From assembly GCA_040285855.1 (NCBI GenBank), contig JAUFOQ010000013.1:248001-312000 (forward strand): a stretch of DNA of 64,000 bases. The letters are read 5' to 3'. The notes under the pieces were generated by a model. It was not told where the DNA came from. It saw only the letters and a program-made list of their open reading frames with translations, and made no database searches. Positions within the stretch are counted from its first letter, which is position 1. Every line of letters starts with the position of its first letter. This stretch comes from Eukaryota sp. GEM-RC1. Taxonomy: Eukaryota. Below are positions 35,466 through 46,879 of this stretch, piece after piece. The position numbers and the translations under genes were made by a program.

Positions 35466-36101
35466 ATGCGATCTAAGTTGATTCAAACATCCCTACTTCT
35501 TGCTCTCCTTCTCTCAGTTGGATTCCCTAAGCTTGAGTTCTATCCTGCTGAGTCCAAAACCTCCGAGAAGGAGTACCAAAAGTGCATGCTTTGTAGAGCT
35601 TCTTGGCAGTATGTCAGAATGCTAGCCATGGATCCCGTCATTATGAAGGGAGTAGTTGACTATGTAAATGACCTTTGCCAACACTTTGGTCAATACTCTA
35701 AAAGCTGTGCTGATACCGCTAATAATTACATTCTTCCCACAATCTCTTTTGTTGTAGCTGCAACTCCTTCAGATGAGGCTTGTGCAATGTTGAACATCTG
35801 CCCAGACCCAGCTAAATACCTAGAACCAATGTTTGAAGAGACAAACATGAGCCAAGATCAATGTGCCGTTTGTCAGGATATTAGTTCTACCATTAATGAA
35901 TTAATAGGTAGTAAGCAGTTCCAATACGATGTTGTCAGGATGGCGTTTGATCATTGTTCTGTATTGAAATCTACTTCTCCAGTACTTTGTACTATTTGCC
36001 AAGACATATCTTTGAACTTGTTGCCTGTTTACCTTAAAAGATTAGATGAATATGTTCATGATCAGGATATTTGTAGTTTTATAGCTGCATGTAAGGGATA
36101 A
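35466..36101 (+). CDS. Secreted saposin-like protein with two saposin B domains
   Basis: Signal peptide; two six-Cys units (CMLC..C..C..C..C and CAVC..C..C..C..C) with saposin spacing. Confidence 0.85.
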   Translation: MRSKLIQTSLLLALLLSVGFPKLEFYPAESKTSEKEYQKCMLCRASWQYVRMLAMDPVIMKGVVDYVNDLCQHFGQYSKSCADTANNYILPTISFVVAATPSDEACAMLNICPDPAKYLEPMFEETNMSQDQCAVCQDISSTINELIGSKQFQYDVVRMAFDHCSVLKSTSPVLCTICQDISLNLLPVYLKRLDEYVHDQDICSFIAACKG

Positions 36102-36328
36102 AACTATTTTATTAATGCTTCTTTGATGTAGTTTTGTATCACAGTTTAGAGTTTACATCAGGAACACGTCTATCAAGCAAAAAGCTTTACCATATGATTC
36201 AACTAAGATCACAAGATTAGAACCTTCTAACAGATGCCATTTCAACTCTACTACTCGTATCCTTCGAGTTATTAAATACATGTGTTGATGAACATTGTTT
36301 TGGGTTTGAATCAGCAAATAAAAACTTA

Positions 36329-36772
36329 ATGGCTTGGATTAAGCGTCAATCTAACTCTCGTCCTGGAGTCTACTACTACTTCAATACTGAAACAGGACAG
36401 AGCCAATGGGAAGAACCTGAAGAATCAGCAAATCAACCCCAATGGAGAGCCTCTCACATTCTTGTCAAACACAAGAATAGCAGACGTCCTTCTTCTTGGC
36501 GCGAACCACACATCACTCGTACTGTTGACGAAGCTTTAGATATACTTGAGAACTATCGATCTTCCATAGTCAACAACACTGCTTCTTTTGAGGACATATC
36601 ATCTAAGTATTCTGACTGTGGATCAGCCAAAAACGGTGGAGATCTTGGTTTTTTTGGTCCTGGCCAGATGCAGAGGCCTTTTGAAGATGCAGTAAAGAGT
36701 CTTGGTGTTGGAGACGTTAGCGGTGCTGTCCACACTGATTCAGGGGTTCACATCATCAAAAGGACTGCATAG
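36329..36772 (+). CDS. PIN1: Pin1/Ess1 peptidyl-prolyl isomerase (WW + parvulin)
   Basis: W..RQSNSRPGVYYYFN..TG.SQWEEP; RASHILVKH..SRRPSSWR; SDCGSAKNGGDLG.FG.GQMQ.PFE; TDSGVHII. Confidence 0.95.
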   Translation: MAWIKRQSNSRPGVYYYFNTETGQSQWEEPEESANQPQWRASHILVKHKNSRRPSSWREPHITRTVDEALDILENYRSSIVNNTASFEDISSKYSDCGSAKNGGDLGFFGPGQMQRPFEDAVKSLGVGDVSGAVHTDSGVHIIKRTA

Positions 36773-36984
36773 GATTGATACTTGTTTTTCTCTTTTACTC
36801 AGGTACTTGTACATATGATTCAACATTGGTTTTAGTTGATGAATTATTAACAGAATACAGAACATATTCTAATTATTTTGTTATACAATGTTTCAAGTTT
36901 AATTGAGTAGAAAATGTAATTTCTAATTATTTTTTCAAATAACGATACCGTAGTAATATGCTAAATAATGTTTGGTGTAGATAG

Positions 36985-37110
36985 ACCCTTTCCATATGCA
37001 TTGCTGGTGTTTTGTTAGGCATGATATAGTGCATGTGTCTTTACTTTCCAGGAAGAACACAAACAATTTCGAACACTTATTGAATCATCCGGTGGTATGA
37101 AACATAACCG
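36985..37110 (-). mobile_element. Possible piggyBac-like transposase relic
   Basis: Broken frames FIPPDDSISV/E..VLPGK*RHMHYIMPNK weakly resemble the piggyBac ISVDE...KGR...YMPxKP motif. Confidence 0.3.
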
Positions 37111-39186
37111 TGAAAAATATAACCGTAAATGTGGCAATTTTTCAGTTATCCTTTCATAACTTGTGACAATTTTCATTTTGAGGCAAGCCTTACTTTTGGG
37201 TTAACACGTATCTAAACAAAAATTGTTATCATACACTTCGTCAAAACGTGTTTGTAGTATAAATATCAGACCAATAGTGATATTGATTTATAATGGAGCG
37301 ATTGTCTGCTTCTTCTACATTGTAGATATCAACAATATCTAATTCGCTGATGTTAGATTCATCAATCTAATCATCATTTGGCTACCACTGCAATATCATT
37401 TCGACCAAACACATGTCCCAGTACATTCTGTTTTGGAAATGAACATTTGTTGACCCAATGAACTTCATTTTAACAGACGACGCTGATAATCAATCGCTCT
37501 TTCAGCCTGATTTCGACTCAAAGAGATATTCGTTTTCATAATCGATTAATAAATGATTAGATGACTATATTGGAAAACAATTTAAATGAAAGAAGATTGT
37601 TGTGGTAACCTATTTAGTGAAAAGAAGAACGGGAACTAAATTTGTTTGTTAGAACACTGTGGTGTGGAATTGAATTAGCAAGAGACAAGGGAAAACAGTA
37701 TCCCACTAATTGACTCTAGAACTTGTATAATGTCCAAAAACTGGGCTAACATTGATAAGGAAAAAGTAGATATTTGAAAGGACACAACTAAACTCCTGGT
37801 ACCGGACTTCACCGTCAGATCACTCACGTCAGAAGATGTGAAGAGTAATTTTGCTTTTTCTATTTTTAGTCTATGTTCAGTATAGATATGTAGATTCCAT
37901 TTGGTGCAAGTTGTTTGGTCGGAATTAGGTACATGTAGTTCGTATGATAATTTGTTCTAATTGTTTTATTATTATTATTTATTTTCTTGTTGTTGCGTGT
38001 TCGTCACCGTACATAAATCTTTTTTTTAAAATGAGACATGTACAGTTGATTATAGAAATCGTCTTAGTTCGTGTGAAGATTGTGTACAAAATACAATACA
38101 GTTTCAGTTTAGAAAGCAGTTCTTTAAGTGGAAACACCCAAGTGAACAACTCGAATTTAAAGAACCAACAAGCAACTTTGCTATCAATGGTGGGGGTCAT
38201 CGACAAACTCTTGCCTACTCCAAGATCCCAAAACAAGCGAACCCATAGTTCATTCACAAGTCTTATGTGTCAATGGAGAATATCGTGAAAGGTCATTATT
38301 TAGTCGAAAGAGTTCAGTTCTCACTGTCAAGACGGCTTTGGTGCGAAGCATTCACCAATCAGTCACAAGGTTTGACTATTGATGGAAGTGAAGTTGAACG
38401 AGTCCAATTCTATGATCATCCTTTGTTAGCTGTGATGATAAGGATCGTGGTTACTAGGAAAGTTTCAGTGACATTGCAACGTTGATCACATTTTCCACAC
38501 TCGGATCCAGCTACTTTCGATGTGAAGGCGTCGTGTGGAAGGACAGTTTCTCGGGTTGGCTCCATCACACAACCAACACACTGGTGGACCTAAATTCCCA
38601 ATGTTTCTGGTGATCACGTCTCTCCAACAGAGTTCTTCAGCCACAACAAAGGGTCAGTTACATTCCCTTTGAACTGCCGGAAGGAAGTCACATGTTCATT
38701 ATTACCAAAACAACACGCCTCCATAACATAGAGACTACAAACAATTAGGTTATGGTAACTCTCAGGTTCTATTTGTCCATATGTAGGCCACAGGTGTTTA
38801 ACCTGGTTTCAACCAGGTAACACACATCAGACACGCATCTTTGTCCCGTTTGGTTCGGGCACAAGTTGTAAAACATCTATTGCACCCTTTTGTATGTATC
38901 CCGCTCTCTCAAAATCAACCAAACAGTGCCTCTGGGCATTTAAGTCGTTGATGTTGAGACACGGGGATACTGAAGATCTTGGTTTTCAAATAAATAAATT
39001 GCTGTGTAACTCTAATATAACATTTCTTCCAAGTACACCGTGTTTACCTCGTTATAAGCAATCAATATCACAGTTCAGCTACCACATACGTCACGCATTC
39101 AGTCGCCTACATGCAAATTCTTACTGAAATACAGGTATAACAGAAAATTTGCTAATTTTGTTCACTTGGTAAAGCAACCTCTCTAC

Positions 39187-40221
39187 ATGTCCAACACAGC
39201 CTTTACCGACCGTACCTCCCTTATAACAAAGCTGTTGGAGGTGTCTGAAAACCTCCGTTCAGCCTCTTCACAACTCTGTGACATGGTCAACCTCTTGGTG
39301 GGGATGGAACATGCACAGGACTTAGAGTCACCTCTTTCAACCTCCAAAACAGAATCATCATCTTTGACGAAGTCTTCCTCTCCTACCTCCAGCCCCGTCG
39401 AAACCAGGGCTACTACCTCAACTCCTGCTTCGCGTCCTAGGCGGACCCCTGCAGCCACGTCGGACCCCGTGGGACGCATCCTCAATGATGATCCCACTGA
39501 AATAGAAAACCTCCGCATCTGTATCTATGGACTCATCTCATCATCCAAGAAGGGCCTAACATACAACCAACTCATCAGCACCTTCAGAGGTCGCAATTCT
39601 TCAACCGGACTATTCGACCCTTCGCATTTCGAGGCCAAACCTGCCATCATCAACTTCCCCCAGAATCATCAAGGACCCATAGGCTTTGGAATGATTCAAC
39701 ACTTTGTAAACGACCAACGCTCCACAAAGGACATGGAAAGCTGCCTTCTACCAGTGGTGAACTATCTGATAGAGGAAGGGAAAGTTGAAGAGTATTTTAG
39801 TAGATTTACTGCTTTTTCAGTTCAAAGAGAACGTATAGATGCTATCAAACTACATAACTACACCACAGCTCCACCTAATCAGCCTGCCGGTTCAGAGGCC
39901 ATACCGAGAGACGAACTCAGAAGAAGAACTGCCAGAGCTGTGGAGATTATACTGAGCCACAAGCCCAGTACCAGTGTAAATGCTTTACTAGAGTTCTTAC
40001 GAGGAACTCAAAGGAAGAAGAAGGTCATATCTGAGTTGGAGCTAGATCCGGAACAGATTGTTGTTCTCAAGAATCAGTTGACTAAACGTGCTTGTGAGGA
40101 ATTAGTACAGGAAATTCTGGCTGAAAGGCAGCAACGTGCAAATTCTGGATTGAGCAATTTAAAAATGTTGTCAATGATTGCAACACAAGAACCGCCAATG
40201 AAAGCATCTCGCAATTATTGA
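39187..40221 (+). CDS. Hypothetical protein with two RQC-like winged-helix segments
   Basis: LTYNQLISTFRG...GFG...STKDMESCL..VVNYLIEEGKVEEYF and SVNALLEFLRGTQRKK...LTKRACEELVQEILAE recall RecQ RQC domains. The ORF is solid; the domain call is tentative. Confidence 0.6.
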   Translation: MSNTAFTDRTSLITKLLEVSENLRSASSQLCDMVNLLVGMEHAQDLESPLSTSKTESSSLTKSSSPTSSPVETRATTSTPASRPRRTPAATSDPVGRILNDDPTEIENLRICIYGLISSSKKGLTYNQLISTFRGRNSSTGLFDPSHFEAKPAIINFPQNHQGPIGFGMIQHFVNDQRSTKDMESCLLPVVNYLIEEGKVEEYFSRFTAFSVQRERIDAIKLHNYTTAPPNQPAGSEAIPRDELRRRTARAVEIILSHKPSTSVNALLEFLRGTQRKKKVISELELDPEQIVVLKNQLTKRACEELVQEILAERQQRANSGLSNLKMLSMIATQEPPMKASRNY

Positions 40222-40939
40222 ACACGAGTCTGTTATAGTTTTCCTTTTGTACATCATAAATATTATCTTTAAAGAACGTGTCTATTCGCAATATCACAGA
40301 AATCAATGGCTTTCAACAGAAGTCATTTCGAAGACATTTCTGCCAATTCCTTCAATCAGCAACTCTATTTTTTCCTCAACCATCGCAATATCAGCGCTGC
40401 TGCTGCTTTTATTATTGGAATGTTTTGGTTAAGAGCTGTTAGACAATAGGGACATTGTCACCTAGAATCGTCTGTTTGAGAACGATACAATATTGAAACA
40501 TTTCACTAAACATTTACATTGTACTGGAAAACTACTGTTCATTGGATACTAAACGATGCTTTAACATTTAGTTAACCCGTCGTTGTTGTTTTGTGCTGAA
40601 TTGCTAGCAAGGCTTTGTTTAAATCTAATGTGTGGTCAATCTCTGAACGTGGACATATACCCATCACTAGTGAGTCACCAGTTGTGACCGGAACAAGCTG
40701 ATTGTTGTGATCAGAGAACACGTTTAACAATGAACATCAATGTGTCTAGGATAATGGTGGCATCGATTGGGAAATTGAATGCTAATCACTCCCTATTTAA
40801 CAGCTACCTTTTGAAAAGCTTTATATGAAGATACATGCTTGCAGTGTCTATACTGTTCCGTGTTGCAGGTCAATTTTTATGTTCTCCAAACGATTCTACT
40901 TAGTAGTGGTTGTTTTTTCTTAATCGAATCTTCACCTTC

Positions 40940-41827
40940 ATGACTCTCAACCCTCAGTCTCTTGAGGGTAAACCCTTTGAGATCCGCAGCCTTTCTTCTG
41001 CGGGTCAATCTATAAAGGGTCTTTTCGCATCTCGTGACATTAAGAAGGGCGAGCTCATCATTGCTGAGAAACCCCTCTTTGTGTGTCGCGGAAATTTCGC
41101 GGCCTCCTTTGAAAAGCTGAGCCATAGTGACAAGGAATTGTTTCTAACTTATACAGATGCATACGAGTCAGACACGAGACCGAAAACTGTCACTGGAATT
41201 GCTCGGACTAATTCTCTGCCCTTAGGGGATCGACCAGATGAAGCTGGATTCTTTCCTATTTGCTCACTCTTTAACCATTCATGTTCACCTAACGTCACTC
41301 ATCGTTTCCATAGAAAACAGTTCGTAGAGAAGTTCTTCGCTGTGAGAGACATTACTGCTGGCGATCAGCTTTGCACATCCTATATGGATGTTCATGATAC
41401 CCTTTCTAATCGCCAACAGGAAATTGTCCAAGGGTTTAACTTTAACTGCACTTGTACTTTTTGTTCTGAACTTAACACTAATAGTACAAAGCTTGTAGCA
41501 AGTGATAGAAATAGATCCAAATTGCTCCACTTGGATGAAAACTTCCCTGACTTATTATATACTCCCCAGAAAGCCATAGCTCTAACTGAGGGAAGAATTC
41601 AGTTAATGATTGAGGAGGGCCTGGAATATTTGATTTCGTCTGCTTACTATGATTCATTTCAAATCTGTATAGCTTATAGACAATTGACGAGTGTCGCACA
41701 AGAGTTTGCTAAGAAGGCTTTTGATTTTGCAGTTTTGCACTATGGTGGTGACTCTGACTTAGCTCAAAACTATCTTGTTTATGTCAATAACCCCACTACT
41801 CACAAAAATGCATGGTTGCTGGGGTAA
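40940..41827 (+). CDS. SET-domain lysine methyltransferase (SMYD/Set5-like)
   Basis: KGLFASRDIKKGELIIAEKP; SLFNHSCSPN; AVRDITAGDQLCTSY; FNCTCTFC; helical tail. Confidence 0.9.
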   Translation: MTLNPQSLEGKPFEIRSLSSAGQSIKGLFASRDIKKGELIIAEKPLFVCRGNFAASFEKLSHSDKELFLTYTDAYESDTRPKTVTGIARTNSLPLGDRPDEAGFFPICSLFNHSCSPNVTHRFHRKQFVEKFFAVRDITAGDQLCTSYMDVHDTLSNRQQEIVQGFNFNCTCTFCSELNTNSTKLVASDRNRSKLLHLDENFPDLLYTPQKAIALTEGRIQLMIEEGLEYLISSAYYDSFQICIAYRQLTSVAQEFAKKAFDFAVLHYGGDSDLAQNYLVYVNNPTTHKNAWLLG

Positions 41828-42144
41828 ATAAATGTAGCAAAATTTCTGTTTATTGAATCTTGTTTTCCTCTCATATAGTTCACAAATTGTTAATTGTTTC
41901 CTTCATTGTGACTTGATCGTTTATGTAGTAAACACTGTTACATATGAACTATTAAATTTAAGTAGAATTGTAAAGAGGTTCTCTGTACACTTCTAGTAGA
42001 ACACGAAGAACTAGTTGAAACTACCATTCCATAGTATTGTCATAAGCATAGAAAAACACCATTTGCTCATCTAAGCAACAGGAAAGCAGTATCAACTGCA
42101 GTAATTAAATGAATCGAATTAAATCGAATCAATTCTTCTATCCA

Positions 42145-42801
42145 ATGAGTCTTGTTCAAGAAGAGTTCCATCAACCCTTTGAAGCAACTGTTGTAACAAA
42201 CACACCCTCTCAACAATCTGCCTTTACTCTTGCACTGAATCATCGTTTTGCTCAGCCTTCCACATCTTCCAAATGTCTTCATAAGTTCAAACATCGTACT
42301 ATCAATCGTATTCATAAGTATCTAATAGATAATCCACCCTTGGTTGAAGAACCAGAGCCAGTAAAACCCAAACCTATACCAATACCTGTTACCATCGAAG
42401 CACCTAAACCACGTAAGACTGCTCCAAGCAAATCAAGTAGTAGACCTCAGAAACCAGTACCTGCTTCTCTTCTCTCCAGTATTTCTTCTGCTGATGCAAA
42501 TCCCCCAGCACCTGAACCAAAGCCTGTTCTCCCTCCCGAAGTTCGTCAGCAACGAGCCCAGGAGCGTTATCTAGTAGCCAGGCAACGAATGAAGGAGGAT
42601 ACAGATACTCTACTATCAGAGCTAAAAGCTACTGTATCATCAGATGTAGTCTGTTCTTGTCCGGGATCACTTCCTTTTGATGAATCGGGAAAGAATTGTG
42701 CGGACAATTGTCCCTTAAAGGTACGATCTGTTCGTGTTGACGTCATTAGAGAGATCGAGAACAATCTGTTGGAGACTTATAGAGCAAATAGGGAGTCTTA
42801 G
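42145..42801 (+). CDS. Hypothetical Pro-rich protein with C-terminal Cys cluster
   Basis: 219-codon ORF with CSC...C..NC motif; no family recognised. Confidence 0.7.
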   Translation: MSLVQEEFHQPFEATVVTNTPSQQSAFTLALNHRFAQPSTSSKCLHKFKHRTINRIHKYLIDNPPLVEEPEPVKPKPIPIPVTIEAPKPRKTAPSKSSSRPQKPVPASLLSSISSADANPPAPEPKPVLPPEVRQQRAQERYLVARQRMKEDTDTLLSELKATVSSDVVCSCPGSLPFDESGKNCADNCPLKVRSVRVDVIREIENNLLETYRANRES

Positions 42802-43157
42802 AGTCTTTGTAGTATAGTTTTCTTGTATATTTGTGTTGGTTTCGTCTCTTTTTTTTGTGATTTCATGTGGGTTGGTTATCTTTTGGAAAAAAAAGATCGT
42901 GTGCTTTGCTACTACTAGGTTTATAAACGCGAATGTTTTACAATCTTCACATAACAACCAAATGACATCTTAACAAATGATATCCCACAATCAGCAGCTG
43001 CACAAGTAGATCCTACATGATGCAGATGGCAACACAGGAACAGTTGGACAGAAGTTTTGCCACGTTACCCAAAAGAAGGAAATGAAGGTTGTTCAAAAAT
43101 TCTGGGAAGGGTCAAATATTTTCAATATTGTTTGGGATTTGCAATATTTTGAAAAAG

Positions 43158-43799
43158 ATGTCGTCAGAATACCAATCCTGTTTGTTGCCCAATTCCTCCT
43201 CTGATAATAGTGCTCCAGAAAACCCTCCTTCTACTAACCCCCCTTCTCTTAACCTCCACTCACATCTCTCTATCAGCAACGTCACTGCTTGCTTCGAACT
43301 CAATCCAAACGAGACCTTAGATCTAGGTGGTCTCGCTGACCAACTTTGGAATGTAACCTTTTCATCTCAGTTCCCTGCCTTAGACATCAAACTTAGCAGG
43401 CCAAATGTTCTGGCCAAGATATCAGACTCAGGAAAAGTCAATATAGTTGGTGCTATAGATGAAGATGAATGTAGATTAGCCATGGACAGGGTATGTAGGT
43501 TACTGCGAAAGTTGAACATTCCGTTCGATGAAGCAACTAATTTTAGGGTGTATCAGGCAATGGGATCTGCTAAACTTGGTACCACGATTGATATAGAAGC
43601 ATTACAGGCTAACAATAGACATTGCTGTCAATGGGAGTATCATCGCTTCAGAAGAGTTCGATACAAGATAGAAGAACTGAAAGTAACAGTGCAGATATAC
43701 AATAGTGGTAGCTTGGTGTTCTTGGGACCCAACGCTGAGTCAATAAGCGAAGCAGCTTCGATCATATCACCAATAATCGAACGACACATACCCAGGTGA
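43158..43799 (+). CDS. Divergent TBP-like factor 1
   Basis: ISNVTAC..LDL..LA....FPA..KLSRPNV.AKISDSGKVNIVGA..E.ECRLA...second repeat VQIYNSGSLVFLG; aligns by eye with both TBP repeats. Confidence 0.85.
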   Translation: MSSEYQSCLLPNSSSDNSAPENPPSTNPPSLNLHSHLSISNVTACFELNPNETLDLGGLADQLWNVTFSSQFPALDIKLSRPNVLAKISDSGKVNIVGAIDEDECRLAMDRVCRLLRKLNIPFDEATNFRVYQAMGSAKLGTTIDIEALQANNRHCCQWEYHRFRRVRYKIEELKVTVQIYNSGSLVFLGPNAESISEAASIISPIIERHIPR

Positions 43800-44102
43800 C
43801 CAAACCTATCACCAACACATATAGGCTTATTCTTATGATTCTTTGTCAAATAAAACAAATGTGTGATCAGTAGGAAACTATGTACTAAAGTGCTTTTAGG
43901 AGATTTTACTTAGCCCTTGCTATCATAAGTATACGTGAGAGGAAAGCTTCAACCAAAAAATGATTCGAGAGTTAGTGAAATCACAACCACCGGGGAAAAC
44001 ATTAGAATCAATTCAAGCGATGAAGAATCCACAGTTCAAATTCTGCGTGTCAAAGAATTCAAATTTTAAATTCACATTTAAAATATTCGGGTTCTCAACT
44101 TC

Positions 44103-44771
44103 ATGTGTTCTAGAATCCAAAGTTTTGCTTCCTTGCTAAGTTCTACCTCCGTGCCGGAGACGATGCCAGGTATGTCGTATATGTTTGAAGAATCCGCGGC
44201 AGAAATTGAGCGGTGCATTCTATCTCAACTCACTATCCGCAACGTCACTGCTTCCTTCGACTTGAAGTGTGCTGTTGTTCTGAAAGACTTAACCGACAGG
44301 TTACCCGATGCTAATTGCGACCCCAGATTTCCGGGTGCTGTTGATGTTCAGCTTAACCGACCAAAAGTTGTGGCTAAAATCTCCAACTCCGGTAAGGTGA
44401 ATATTGTAGGAGCTCAGACGGAAGCTGACTGCATAGCTGCCATGAGACGGGTGGTGAAGTTACTCAGAAGGTTGAATGTCCCTTGTAGCGCTCAGCCTTC
44501 AGACTTCCGAGTCTACCAAACGATGGCCACATCGAAACTGGAGAAGAAAATTGATGTTGATCAAATCCAACTAGATCATTGGGAATGTTGTGACAGAGAT
44601 GACCTCCATTTCATGCGGATAAGCTACAAGTTTGTAACTCCGCGAGTAACAGTGCAGATCTACGGCAGTGGAAGCTTTGTGTTTATTGGAACAAACGCTG
44701 ATGCCATAAGAAAAGCTGTTACCGAAATTTCTCGGGTTCTTGAAGGCCAATTGTCTGAAAGAGACACTTAG
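44103..44771 (+). CDS. Divergent TBP-like factor 2
   Basis: IRNVTASFDL...DPRFPGA..QLNRPKVVAKISNSGKVNIVGA...PRVTVQIYGSGSFVFIG; paralogue of the upstream gene. Confidence 0.85.
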   Translation: MCSRIQSFASLLSSTSVPETMPGMSYMFEESAAEIERCILSQLTIRNVTASFDLKCAVVLKDLTDRLPDANCDPRFPGAVDVQLNRPKVVAKISNSGKVNIVGAQTEADCIAAMRRVVKLLRRLNVPCSAQPSDFRVYQTMATSKLEKKIDVDQIQLDHWECCDRDDLHFMRISYKFVTPRVTVQIYGSGSFVFIGTNADAIRKAVTEISRVLEGQLSERDT

Positions 44772-45000
44772 GAAGATCCTTCTTCCAACGATGCTAGCTA
44801 CTTGGATAAAAAGCATCTATAAAAATAAAAAAAGTCCTATTTATAGTATATTGAATTAAATAGTGTTTAATCTACAGTCATAAAGAAACATTTCGGACCA
44901 ACAGTAATCCAAAACTAATACACAAAGAAGAATAACAAAGAAATAACTTAAATATGATGGCAATAAAAGAAACTATTTTTGAAAAGAAAGAGATATGTTG

Positions 45001-46290
45001 CTATTGCTTTTTGCAAAAATACTTATGTCGTGGCCATGATCTCTTCTGACAATCACGATCACAATACCAATCAATCTTACATCGAGAGCATCTGAATTTG
45101 GCAACAACTCCACACTCTGCACACTTTGGTCGTTCCAAAACTTCAGAAACAGAAGGCGACGAGTAAACGTCAGCAATATCAACAAGTTCTTTCATCGAGT
45201 CTGGTCCAAAAAACGAGTCCAGATTCGACTTTGCTACAGAAACTAACTCTGTATTTCTACTCAAGTTGTAACAGAAATCTGGTTCTTCCGCTACCATAAA
45301 CAAAGATTGATGAGAAGAATCTGGTTTGATAAACTGTAGTTGATCAAGAATTCCCCTTAGGTCATTAAGAATAGGCAATTGATCATAATAGGGAGTCTTA
45401 ATCAATGACGTGACCTTGATTAGGGTATCACGTCGACTAGAAGTGATTTCGTACTTCTGACTGACTGATTGCGAAGAGAAAAGGCTGAACAATATGAGAA
45501 ACAGTGTAGCCTCGACTTTATGAATAACATTTGGCTCAGAATCATTTTGAAATTGTGAGCCATTCCACGTCATTCTGACCTTCTTCTCTCTATTCAACAA
45601 CACCCATGGCCTCTGCTCCAGTAGTTCAATAGCTAGACAAGGTAGGTCCACAGAAGTGTAGAAGTAGTGGGGGAGGGACAGTGGGAGGTCCTCCTTGGCT
45701 TCTGTAATGAATCTAAGGATGTGAAGGCAGCTAATGGCAGTAGAATAAAGAATGAGCTTTAGTTTCTCCTTTACTTCTTCACTTTCACCAGATTGACAGA
45801 CAAGGTACGGATCAACGGAGGTCAAACATCTTGCCATACGAGTGCAGAAGTCAACAAAGTCTAGTAGAAGATCAGAGGAAGATGCTAGAGCATCCTTGTT
45901 GTAGAAGACACATTCAAGAAGGTTTGTGAGAGAGCCCAAGTGGAATAGAACAAAGTAAGTTTTGGGTGAGTTCTTTAGTTGAGAATGAGAGTCAATTTGA
46001 GAGGAGAAAACTGTTGATATCCACGTGTCAAGCACGAGGAGTTCAGAGATAAGAACTTTGACCTTGTCAAATGACAGTAGAAGATCCACTACAAACTCGT
46101 CATTGAGAGCTTGAGCGGATTGGTGGGCTTGTAGATTGAGTTTGTCTATGTAAGAACGTTGTTTCATCCATTGAGGAGAAGCTACTTGATCAAGAGAGAA
46201 GGATTTGAGAGATTGAACGAAAGCTTCAGCTTCATACGGTGTGATGACATTTCCGTCTGGAAAGTGTTGAGAGTCAGTAGATATGGTCAT
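45001..46290 (-). CDS. ZMYND10: ZMYND10/BLU axonemal dynein assembly factor
   Basis: EAEAFVQSL..W..Q...KLNLQAH..DEFV..K...L..ELL..W; ELLEQRPW; C-terminal MYND finger CAEC..AKFRCSRC..WYC.RDCQ..W..HK..C. Confidence 0.92.
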   Translation of the reverse strand: MTISTDSQHFPDGNVITPYEAEAFVQSLKSFSLDQVASPQWMKQRSYIDKLNLQAHQSAQALNDEFVVDLLLSFDKVKVLISELLVLDTWISTVFSSQIDSHSQLKNSPKTYFVLFHLGSLTNLLECVFYNKDALASSSDLLLDFVDFCTRMARCLTSVDPYLVCQSGESEEVKEKLKLILYSTAISCLHILRFITEAKEDLPLSLPHYFYTSVDLPCLAIELLEQRPWVLLNREKKVRMTWNGSQFQNDSEPNVIHKVEATLFLILFSLFSSQSVSQKYEITSSRRDTLIKVTSLIKTPYYDQLPILNDLRGILDQLQFIKPDSSHQSLFMVAEEPDFCYNLSRNTELVSVAKSNLDSFFGPDSMKELVDIADVYSSPSVSEVLERPKCAECGVVAKFRCSRCKIDWYCDRDCQKRSWPRHKYFCKKQ

Positions 46291-46385
46291 GTTGAAATAA
46301 TACAGTAAAAATATATAACAAAAAAACTTGTTGAAAGGAGGACAACACAGAAACAAACAATTTTGCCTTCATTATTTTCAACGAC

Positions 46386-46796
46386 ATGACTAATATCCTC
46401 ATGAACAGCACGGACTCTCCCCATACTCATTTGAGAAAGCTCCAGGACAAAAGAGACTGTGTTAGCATTATAGTCACCATGATGAAGATGTTACGTCAAC
46501 ACCTTCCAAACTATGTTGATGTCTGCGCCACCTCAGAGGAATTCAGAAGTGGTGTTGGTATCCTCTACTTGCTTGAGAAAGTTCATCCAGAACCCGAGAA
46601 AGTTGTCATTAACGTCAAAAACCACAAGTTCGCTCACATTGAGAACTGGAAGTGCTTCTTTCAGCAACTTAAAGAACTAGGTTTGACATCTGCTGAGACC
46701 ATTGATGTTAACAGAATTGTCAATGGTCAGTCCTATTCTGCTGAAGCTGTGACTCTTTTTGGTAAGTTCCAAAATTATGTCAAGTCTAAGTTGTAG
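46386..46796 (+). CDS. Single calponin-homology domain protein (EB1/SPEF1-like)
   Basis: EEFRSGVGILYLLEKVHP...HIENWK.FFQQLKELG...IDVNRIVNG. Confidence 0.7.
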   Translation: MTNILMNSTDSPHTHLRKLQDKRDCVSIIVTMMKMLRQHLPNYVDVCATSEEFRSGVGILYLLEKVHPEPEKVVINVKNHKFAHIENWKCFFQQLKELGLTSAETIDVNRIVNGQSYSAEAVTLFGKFQNYVKSKL

Positions 46797-46879
46797 GCTT
46801 CCATATTTGTGAACAAGGATGGATGAGCAAGATCTGTCGTTCATGTTGCATTTTGTACAATAAAGTCATTTTTCAAACT

